DNA of 64,000 nucleotides, taken from assembly GCF_009914755.1 (NCBI RefSeq), contig NC_060946.1. One strand, written 5' to 3'. The translations under genes and the position numbers were made by a program. The notes under the pieces are model-generated. The model saw only the letters and a program-made list of their open reading frames with translations, did no database searches and was not told the DNA's origin. This document shows, in pieces, positions 53,701 to 64,000 of this stretch (positions within the stretch are counted from its first letter, which is position 1; each line of letters starts with the position of its first letter). Origin of the DNA: the human T2T-CHM13v2.0 reference genome, Homo sapiens.

Positions 53701-56178
53701 GGGAAGATATTTGCTTTTTCACCGTAGGCCTCAGAGCGCTCCAAATATCCACTTGCACATACTACAAAAAGAGTGCCTCAGAGCTGCTCTCTGAAACGGA
53801 ATGTTCAACTCTATGAGTTGAATGCAAACATCACAAAGACGTTTCTGAGAATGCTTCTGTCTAGATTTGATATGAAGATATTCCCGTTTCCAACGAAATC
53901 TTCAAATCTATCCAAATGTCCACTTGCAGATTCAACAAAAAGTGTTTTTCAGAACTGCTCTATCAAAAGAAAGATCCACCTCTGTTAGCTGAGTTCACAC
54001 ATCACAAACAAGTTTATGAGAATGCTTCTGTCTAGTTTTTATTTGAAGATATTTCCTTTCTCACCATAGACCTGAAAGCTGTCCTAATGTTCACTTCCAG
54101 ATACTACAGAAAGAGTGTTTCAAAACTGCTGTACGAAAGGGAATGTTCAACTCTGTGACTTGAATGCACACATCACAAAGAAGTTTCTGAGGATGCTGCT
54201 GTCTACTTTTTATACGTAATCCCGTTTCCAACGAAATCCTCCAAGCTATCCAAATATCCACTTGCAGATTCCACAGAAAGACTGTTTCAAAACTGCTCTG
54301 TCAATAGAAAGGTTCAACTCTGTTAGCTGCGTGCATATATCCCAAAGAAGATTCTGAGATTCCTTCTGTCTAGTTTTTATGGGAAGATATTTCCCTTTTC
54401 ACCGTAGGCGTCAAGGCGCTCCAAATGTCCACTTCCAGATACTACAAAAAGAGTGTTTCAAACCTACTCTGTGAAAGCGAATATTCAACTCTGTGACTTG
54501 AATGCACATATCACAAAGAAGTTTCTGAGAATGCTTCTGTCGAGATTTTATATGAAGATATTCCCGTTTCCAACGAAATCCTGAAATCTATCCAAATATC
54601 CCCTCGCAGATTCTACAAAAAGAGTGTTTCAAAACTGCTCTGTAAAAAGAAAGGTTCAACTCTGTTAGTTGAGTACACACATCACAAACAAGTTTCACAG
54701 AATGCTTCTTTCTAGCTTGTAGGGGAAGATATTCCCTTTATCACCATGGTCCTCAAACCGTCCGAAACGTCCACTTCCATATACTACAAAAAGAGCGTTT
54801 CAAACCTGCTCTAGGAAAGGCAATGTTCAACTCTGTGACTTGAATGCAGACATCACAGAGCAGTTTCTGAGAATGCTTCTGTCTAGATTTTATAGGAAGA
54901 TATTCCCGTTTCCAACGAAATCTTCACAGCTATCCAAATATCCACTTGCAGATTCTACAAAAAGAGTGTATCAAAACTGCTCTGTCAAAAGGAAGGTTCT
55001 TCTCTGTTAGGTGAGTGCATACGTCATAAAGGAGTTTCTGAGAATGTTTCTGTCTAGTGGTTATGGGAAGATATTTGCTTTTTCACCGTAGGCCTCAGAG
55101 CGCTCCAAATATCCACTTGCACATACTACAAAAAGAGTGCCTCAAAGCTGCTCTCTGAAACGGAATGTTCAACTCTATGAGTTGAATGCAAACATCACAA
55201 AGACGTTTCTGAGAATGCTTCTGTCTAGATTTGATATGAAGATATTCCCGTTTCCAACGAAATCTTCAAATCTATCCAAATGTCCACTTGCAGATTCAAC
55301 AAAAAGTGTTTTTCAGAACTGCTGTATCAAAAGAAAGATCCACGTCTGTTAGCTGAGTTCACACATCACAAACAAGTTTATGAGAATGCTTCTGTCTAGT
55401 TTTTATTTGAAGATATTTCCTTTCTCACCATAGACCTGAAAGCTGTCCTAATGTTCACTTCCAGATACTACAGAAAGAGTGTTTCAAAACTGCTGTACGA
55501 AAGGGAATTTTCAACCCTGTGACTTGAATGCACACATCACAAAGAAGTTTCTGAGGATGCTGCTGTCTACTTTTTATACGTAATCCCGTTTCCAACGAAA
55601 TCCTCCAAGCTATCCAAATATCCACTTGCAGATTCCACAGAAAGACTGTTTCAAAACTGCTCTGTCAATAGAAAGGTTCAACTCTGTTAGCTGCGTGCAT
55701 ATATCCCGAAGAAGATTCTGAGATTGCTTCTGTCTAGTTTTTATGGGAAGATATTTCCCTTTTCACCGTAGGCGTCAAGGCGCTCCAAATGTCCACTTCC
55801 AGATACTACAAAAAGAGTGTTTCAAACCTACTCTGTGAAAGCGAATATTCAACTCTGTGACTTGAATGCACATATCACAAAGAAGTTTCTGAGAATGCTT
55901 CTGTCGAGATTTTATATGAAGATATTCCCGTTTCCAACGAAATCCTGAAATCTATCCAAATATCCCCTCGCAGATTCTACAAAAAGAGTGTTTCAAAACT
56001 GCTCTGTAAAAAGAAAGGTTCAACTCTGTTAGTTGAGTACACACATCACAAACAAGTTTCACAGAATGCTTCTTTCTAGCTTGTAGGGGAAGATATTCCC
56101 TTTATCACCATGGGCCTCCAAACGTCCGAAACGTCCACTTCCATATACTACAAAAAGAGCGTTTCAAACCTGCTCTAG
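35722..56178 (-). repeat. Copy 2 of the 20,457-bp (15-HOR) tandem duplication
   Basis: Same order of HOR haplotypes as 15265-35721. The only differences I saw are at 21724/42181, 35251/55708 and 35385/55842. Confidence 0.93.
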
Positions 56179-59100
56179 GAAAGGCAATGTTCAACTCTGT
56201 GACTTGAATGCAGACATCACAGAGCAGTTTCTGAGAATGCTTCTGTCTAGATTTTATAGGAAGATATTCCCGTTTCCAACGAAATCTTCACAGCTATCCA
56301 AATATCCACTTGCAGATTCTACAAAAAGAGTGTATCAAAACTGCTCTGTCAAAAGGAAGGTTCTTCTCTGTTAGGTGAGTGCATACGTCATAAAGGAGTT
56401 TCTGAGAATGTTTCTGTCTAGTGGTTATGGGAAGATATTTGCTTTTTCACCGTAGGCCTCAGAGCGCTCCAAATATCCACTTGCACATACTACAAAAAGA
56501 GTGCCTCAGAGCTGCTCTCTGAAACGGAATGTTCAACTCTATGAGTTGAATGCAAACATCACAAAGACGTTTCTGAGAATGCTTCTGTCTAGATTTGATA
56601 TGAAGATATTCCCGTTTCCAACGAAATCTTCAAATCTATCCAAATGTCCACTTGCAGATTCAACAAAAAGTGTTTTTCAGAACTGCTCTATCAAAAGAAA
56701 GATCCACCTCTGTTAGCTGAGTTCACACATCACAAACAAGTTTATGAGAATGCTTCTGTCTAGTTTTTATTTGAAGATATTTCCTTTCTCACCATAGACC
56801 TGAAAGCTGTCCTAATGTTCACTTCCAGATACTACAGAAAGAGTGTTTCAAAACTGCTGTACGAAAGGGAATGTTCAACTCTGTGACTTGAATGCACACA
56901 TCACAAAGAAGTTTCTGAGGATGCTGCTGTCTACTTTTTATACGTAATCCCGTTTCCAACGAAATCCTCCAAGCTATCCAAATATCCACTTGCAGATTCC
57001 ACAGAAAGACTGTTTCAAAACTGCTCTGTCAATAGAAAGGTTCAACTCTGTTAGCTGCGTGCATATATCCCAAAGAAGATTCTGAGATTGCTTCTGTCTA
57101 GTTTTTATGGGAAGATATTTCCCTTTTCACCGTAGGCGTCAAGGCGCTCCAAATGTCCACTTCCAGATACTACAAAAAGAGTGTTTCAAACCTACTCTGT
57201 GAAAGGGAATATTCAACTCTGTGACTTGAATGCACATATCACAAAGAAGTTTCTGAGAATGCTTCTGTCGAGATTTTATATGAAGATATTCCCGTTTCCA
57301 ACGAAATCCTGAAATCTATCCAAATATCCCCTCGCAGATTCTACAAAAAGAGTGTTTCAAAACTGCTCTGTAAAAAGAAAGGTTCAACTCTGTTAGTTGA
57401 GTACACACATCACAAACAAGTTTCACAGAATGCTTCTTTCTAGCTTGTAGGGGAAGATATTCCCTTTATCACCATGGGCCTCCAAACGTCCGAAACGTCC
57501 ACTTCCATATACTACAAAAAGAGCGTTTCAAACCTGCTCTAGGAAAGGCAATGTTCAACTCTGTGACTTGAATGCAGACATCACAGAGCAGTTTCTGAGA
57601 ATGCTTCTGTCTAGATTTTATAGGAAGATATTCCCGTTTCCAACGAAATCTTCACAGCTATCCAAATATCCACTTGCAGATTCTACAAAAAGAGTGTATC
57701 AAAACTGCTCTGTCAAAAGGAAGGTTCTTCTCTGTTAGGTGAGTGCATACGTCATAAAGGAGTTTCTGAGAATGTTTCTGTCTAGTGGTTATGGGAAGAT
57801 ATTTGCTTTTTCACCGTAGGCCTCAGAGCGCTCCAAATATCCACTTGCACATACTACAAAAAGAGTGCCTCAGAGCTGCTCTCTGAAACGGAATGTTCAA
57901 CTCTATGAGTTGAATGCAAACATCACAAAGACGTTTCTGAGAATGCTTCTGTCTAGATTTGATATGAAGATATTCCCGTTTCCAACGAAATCTTCAAATC
58001 TATCCAAATGTCCACTTGCAGATTCAACAAAAAGTGTTTTTCAGAACTGCTCTATCAAAAGAAAGATCCACCTCTGTTAGCTGAGTTCACACATCACAAA
58101 CAAGTTTATGAGAATGCTTCTGTCTAGTTTTTATTTGAAGATATTTCCTTTCTCACCATAGACCTGAAAGCTGTCCTAATGTTCACTTCCAGATACTACA
58201 GAAAGAGTGTTTCAAAACTGCTGTACGAAAGGGAATGTTCAACTCTGTGACTTGAATGCACACATCACAAAGAAGTTTCTGAGGATGCTGCTGTCTACTT
58301 TTTATACGTAATCCCGTTTCCAACGAAATCCTCCAAGCTATCCAAATATCCACTTGCAGATTCCACAGAAAGACTGTTTCAAAACTGCTCTGTCAATAGA
58401 AAGGTTCAACTCTGTTAGCTGCGTGCATATATCCCAAAGAAGATTCTGAGATTCCTTCTGTCTAGTTTTTATGGGAAGATATTTCCCTTTTCACCGTAGG
58501 CGTCAAGGCGCTCCAAATGTCCACTTCCAGATACTACAAAAAGAGTGTTTCAAACCTACTCTGTGAAAGCGAATATTCAACTCTGTGACTTGAATGCACA
58601 TATCACAAAGAAGTTTCTGAGAATGCTTCTGTCGAGATTTTATATGAAGATATTCCCGTTTCCAACGAAATCCTGAAATCTATCCAAATATCCCCTCGCA
58701 GATTCTACAAAAAGAGTGTTTCAAAACTGCTCTGTAAAAAGAAAGGTTCAACTCTGTTAGTTGAGTACACACATCACAAACAAGTTTCACAGAATGCTTC
58801 TTTCTAGCTTGTAGGGGAAGATATTCCCTTTATCACCATGGTCCTCAAACCGTCCGAAACGTCCACTTCCATATACTACAAAAAGAGCGTTTCAAACCTG
58901 CTCTAGGAAAGGCAATGTTCAACTCTGTGACTTGAATGCAGACATCACAGAGCAGTTTCTGAGAATGCTTCTGTCTAGATTTTATAGGAAGATATTCCCG
59001 TTTCCAACGAAATCTTCACAGCTATCCAAATATCCACTTGTAGATTCTACAAAAAGAGTGTATCAAAACTGCTCTGTCAAAAGGAAGGTTCTTCTCTGTT

Positions 59101-61368
59101 AGGTGAGTGCATACGTCATAAAGGAGTTTCTGAGAATGTTTCTGTCTAGTGGTTATGGGAAGATATTTGCTTTTTCACCGTAGGCCTCAGAGCGCTCCAA
59201 ATATCCACTTGCACATACTACAAAAAGAGTGCCTCAAAGCTGCTCTCTGAAACGGAATGTTCAACTCTATGAGTTGAATGCAAACATCACAAAGACGTTT
59301 CTGAGAATGCTTCTGTCTAGATTTGATATGAAGATATTCCCGTTTCCAACGAAATCTTCAAATCTATCCAAATGTCCACTTGCAGATTCAACAAAAAGTG
59401 TTTTTCAGAACTGCTGTATCAAAAGAAAGATCCACGTCTGTTAGCTGAGTTCACACATCACAAACAAGTTTATGAGAATGCTTCTGTCTAGTTTTTATTT
59501 GAAGATATTTCCTTTCTCACCATAGACCTGAAAGCTGTCCTAATGTTCACTTCCAGATACTACAGAAAGAGTGTTTCAAAACTGCTGTACGAAAGGGAAT
59601 TTTCAACCCTGTGACTTGAATGCACACATCACAAAGAAGTTTCTGAGGATGCTGCTGTCTACTTTTTATACGTAATCCCGTTTCCAACGAAATCCTCCAA
59701 GCTATCCAAATATCCACTTGCAGATTCCACAGAAAGACTGTTTCAAAACTGCTCTGTCAATAGAAAGGTTCAACTCTGTTAGCTGCGTGCATATATCCCA
59801 AAGAAGATTCTGAGATTGCTTCTGTCTAGTTTTTATGGGAAGATATTTCCCTTTTCACCGTAGGCGTCAAGGCGCTCCAAATGTCCACTTCCAGATACTA
59901 CAAAAAGAGTGTTTCAAACCTACTCTGTGAAAGGGAATATTCAACTCTGTGACTTGAATGCACATATCACAAAGAAGTTTCTGAGAATGCTTCTGTCGAG
60001 ATTTTATATGAAGATATTCCCGTTTCCAACGAAATCCTGAAATCTATCCAAATATCCCCTCGCAGATTCTACAAAAAGAGTGTTTCAAAACTGCTCTGTA
60101 AAAAGAAAGGTTCAACTCTGTTAGTTGAGTACACACATCACAAACAAGTTTCACAGAATGCTTCTTTCTAGCTTGTAGGGGAAGATATTCCCTTTATCAC
60201 CATGGGCCTCCAAACGTCCGAAACGTCCACTTCCATATACTACAAAAAGAGCGTTTCAAACCTGCTCTAGGAAAGGCAATGTTCAACTCTGTGACTTGAA
60301 TGCAGACATCACAGAGCAGTTTCTGAGAATGCTTCTGTCTAGATTTTATAGGAAGATATTCCCGTTTCCAACGAAATCTTCACAGCTATCCAAATATCCA
60401 CTTGCAGATTCTACAAAAAGAGTGTATCAAAACTGCTCTGTCAAAAGGAAGGTTCTTCTCTGTTAGGTGAGTGCATACGTCATAAAGGAGTTTCTGAGAA
60501 TGTTTCTGTCTAGTGGTTATGGGAAGATATTTGCTTTTTCACCGTAGGCCTCAGAGCGCTCCAAATATCCACTTGCACATACTACAAAAAGAGTGCCTCA
60601 GAGCTGCTCTCTGAAACGGAATGTTCAACTCTATGAGTTGAATGCAAACATCACAAAGACGTTTCTGAGAATGCTTCTGTCTAGATTTGATATGAAGATA
60701 TTCCCGTTTCCAACGAAATCTTCAAATCTATCCAAATGTCCACTTGCAGATTCAACAAAAAGTGTTTTTCAGAACTGCTCTATCAAAAGAAAGATCCACC
60801 TCTGTTAGCTGAGTTCACACATCACAAACAAGTTTATGAGAATGCTTCTGTCTAGTTTTTATTTGAAGATATTTCCTTTCTCACCATAGACCTGAAAGCT
60901 GTCCTAATGTTCACTTCCAGATACTACAGAAAGAGTGTTTCAAAACTGCTGTACGAAAGGGAATGTTCAACTCTGTGACTTGAATGCACACATCACAAAG
61001 AAGTTTCTGAGGATGCTGCTGTCTACTTTTTATACGTAATCCCGTTTCCAACGAAATCCTCCAAGCTATCCAAATATCCACTTGCAGATTCCACAGAAAG
61101 ACTGTTTCAAAACTGCTCTGTCAATAGAAAGGTTCAACTCTGTTAGCTGCGTGCATATATCCCAAAGAAGATTCTGAGATTGCTTCTGTCTAGTTTTTAT
61201 GGGAAGATATTTCCCTTTTCACCGTAGGCGTCAAGGCGCTCCAAATGTCCACTTCCAGATACTACAAAAAGAGTGTTTCAAACCTACTCTGTGAAAGGGA
61301 ATATTCAACTCTGTGACTTGAATGCACATATCACAAAGAAGTTTCTGAGAATGCTTCTGTCGAGATTT
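53185..61368 (-). repeat. Probable 4092-bp (3-HOR) tandem duplication, 53185-57276 and 57277-61368
   Basis: Both triplets have the same order: [CCAAACG, ATTCCT, AAAGCGAA], [GGTCCTCAA, CACGTC, TTTTCAACCC], [CCAAACG, ATTGCT]. The middle units differ at about three sites. Confidence 0.65.
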
Positions 61369-64000
61369 TATATGAAGATATTCCCGTTTCCAACGAAATC
61401 CTGAAATCTATCCAAATATCCCCTCGCAGATTCTACAAAAAGAGTGTTTCAAAACTGCTCTGTAAAAAGAAAGGTTCAACTCTGTTAGTTGAGTACACAC
61501 ATCACAAACAAGTTTCACAGAATGCTTCTTTCTAGCTTGTAGGGGAAGATATTCCCTTTATCACCATGGGCCTCCAAACGTCCGAAACGTCCACTTCCAT
61601 ATACTACAAAAAGAGCGTTTCAAACCTGCTCTAGGAAAGGCAATGTTCAACTCTGTGACTTGAATGCAGACATCACAGAGCAGTTTCTGAGAATGCTTCT
61701 GTCTAGATTTTATAGGAAGATATTCCCGTTTCCAACGAAATCTTCACAGCTATCCAAATATCCACTTGCAGATTCTACAAAAAGAGTGTATCAAAACTGC
61801 TCTGTCAAAAGGAAGGTTCTTCTCTGTTAGGTGAGTGCATACGTCATAAAGGAGTTTCTGAGAATGTTTCTGTCTAGTGGTTATGGGAAGATATTTGCTT
61901 TTTCACCGTAGGCCTCAGAGCGCTCCAAATATCCACTTGCACATACTACAAAAAGAGTGCCTCAAAGCTGCTCTCTGAAACGGAATGTTCAACTCTATGA
62001 GTTGAATGCAAACATCACAAAGACGTTTCTGAGAATGCTTCTGTCTAGATTTGATATGAAGATATTCCCGTTTCCAACGAAATCTTCAAATCTATCCAAA
62101 TGTCCACTTGCAGATTCAACAAAAAGTGTTTTTCAGAACTGCTGTATCAAAAGAAAGATCCACGTCTGTTAGCTGAGTTCACACATCACAAACAAGTTTA
62201 TGAGAATGCTTCTGTCTAGTTTTTATTTGAAGATATTTCCTTTCTCACCATAGACCTGAAAGCTGTCCTAATGTTCACTTCCAGATACTACAGAAAGAGT
62301 GTTTCAAAACTGCTGTACGAAAGGGAATTTTCAACCCTGTGACTTGAATGCACACATCACAAAGAAGTTTCTGAGGATGCTGCTGTCTACTTTTTATACG
62401 TAATCCCGTTTCCAACGAAATCCTCCAAGCTATCCAAATATCCACTTGCAGATTCCACAGAAAGACTGTTTCAAAACTGCTCTGTCAATAGAAAGGTTCA
62501 ACTCTGTTAGCTGCGTGCATATATCCCAAAGAAGATTCTGAGATTGCTTCTGTCTAGTTTTTATGGGAAGATATTTCCCTTTTCACCGTAGGCGTCAAGG
62601 CGCTCCAAATGTCCACTTCCAGATACTACAAAAAGAGTGTTTCAAACCTACTCTGTGAAAGGGAATATTCAACTCTGTGACTTGAATGCACATATCACAA
62701 AGAAGTTTCTGAGAATGCTTCTGTCGAGATTTTATATGAAGATATTCCCGTTTCCAACGAAATCCTGAAATCTATCCAAATATCCCCTCGCAGATTCTAC
62801 AAAAAGAGTGTTTCAAAACTGCTCTGTAAAAAGAAAGGTTCAACTCTGTTAGTTGAGTACACACATCACAAACAAGTTTCACAGAATGCTTCTTTCTAGC
62901 TTGTAGGGGAAGATATTCCCTTTATCACCATGGGCCTCCAAACGTCCGAAACGTCCACTTCCATATACTACAAAAAGAGCGTTTCAAACCTGCTCTAGGA
63001 AAGGCAATGTTCAACTCTGTGACTTGAATGCAGACATCACAGAGCAGTTTCTGAGAATGCTTCTGTCTAGATTTTATAGGAAGATATTCCCGTTTCCAAC
63101 GAAATCTTCACAGCTATCCAAATATCCACTTGCAGATTCTACAAAAAGAGTGTATCAAAACTGCTCTGTCAAAAGGAAGGTTCTTCTCTGTTAGGTGAGT
63201 GCATACGTCATAAAGGAGTTTCTGAGAATGTTTCTGTCTAGTGGTTATGGGAAGATATTTGCTTTTTCACCGTAGGCCTCAGAGCGCTCCAAATATCCAC
63301 TTGCACATACTACAAAAAGAGTGCCTCAGAGCTGCTCTCTGAAACGGAATGTTCAACTCTATGAGTTGAATGCAAACATCACAAAGACGTTTCTGAGAAT
63401 GCTTCTGTCTAGATTTGATATGAAGATATTCCCGTTTCCAACGAAATCTTCAAATCTATCCAAATGTCCACTTGCAGATTCAACAAAAAGTGTTTTTCAG
63501 AACTGCTCTATCAAAAGAAAGATCCACCTCTGTTAGCTGAGTTCACACATCACAAACAAGTTTATGAGAATGCTTCTGTCTAGTTTTTATTTGAAGATAT
63601 TTCCTTTCTCACCATAGACCTGAAAGCTGTCCTAATGTTCACTTCCAGATACTACAGAAAGAGTGTTTCAAAACTGCTGTACGAAAGGGAATGTTCAACT
63701 CTGTGACTTGAATGCACACATCACAAAGAAGTTTCTGAGGATGCTGCTGTCTACTTTTTATACGTAATCCCGTTTCCAACGAAATCCTCCAAGCTATCCA
63801 AATATCCACTTGCAGATTCCACAGAAAGACTGTTTCAAAACTGCTCTGTCAATAGAAAGGTTCAACTCTGTTAGCTGCGTGCATATATCCCAAAGAAGAT
63901 TCTGAGATTCCTTCTGTCTAGTTTTTATGGGAAGATATTTCCCTTTTCACCGTAGGCGTCAAGGCGCTCCAAATGTCCACTTCCAGATACTACAAAAAGA

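Larger units (their letters stand above)
1..64000 (-). repeat. Alpha-satellite (alphoid) centromeric HOR array, 8-mer of 1364/1363 bp, about 46.9 tandem copies in one orientation
   Basis: About 171-bp monomer periodicity, with box-position motifs at 14, 185, 356, 527, 698, 868, 1035, 1206 and 1377. Typical alphoid motifs recur (TTCAACTCTGTGACTTGAATGCA, TTTCTGAGAATGCTTCTGTCTAG). Near-identical units restart at 1, 1364, 2728, 4091, 5455 ... 61369, 62733, and the ORF track repeats with the same 1363/1364 spacing. Confidence 0.99.

Noticed and set aside
265-63536. Repeated 65-aa (MKGNVQLC...) and 71-aa (MPQSCSLK...) ORFs
   Set aside because: These are chance stop-free frames in alphoid monomers. 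The 71-aa ORF starts at GTG. They appear and disappear with single variants (ATG/AGG, CTATAA stop), show no recognisable domain, and resemble each other only because the monomers are homologous. They were useful only as haplotype markers.
1-64000. Possible L1/Alu insertions, inversions or monomer-deleted HOR variants
   Set aside because: All unit starts fall at 1363/1364-bp steps in one orientation, leaving no room for insertions or structural variants.

Overview
The whole window is primate, almost certainly human, centromeric alpha-satellite DNA. It holds about 46.9 uninterrupted head-to-tail copies of an 8-monomer higher-order repeat (HOR) of 1364 bp (7 x 171 + 167), or 1363 bp in one variant. 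The conventional alphoid strand is the minus strand. A CENP-B box sits in every second monomer and pJalpha-type motifs in the others. Together with the XbaI/TaqI map, this fits the suprachromosomal family 2 (SF2) array shared by chr14 and chr22 (D14Z9/D22Z1, alphaXT). That assignment is from recall, not alignment. I saw no genes, RNA genes, transposons, CRISPR arrays, inversions or monomer-deleted HORs, and the listed ORFs are repeat by-products. I found no new biological system. The real signal is in the SNV haplotypes of the HOR copies: a 2727-bp alternating A/B super-repeat (1 to ~17.7 kb), a near-perfect 20,457-bp (15-HOR) tandem duplication with a locatable junction, smaller nested duplications, a divergent transversion-rich A haplotype with a clustered mutation, a likely ancestral intermediate of it, and conversion-like patches. 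All comparisons were made by eye, so variant counts are minimums.
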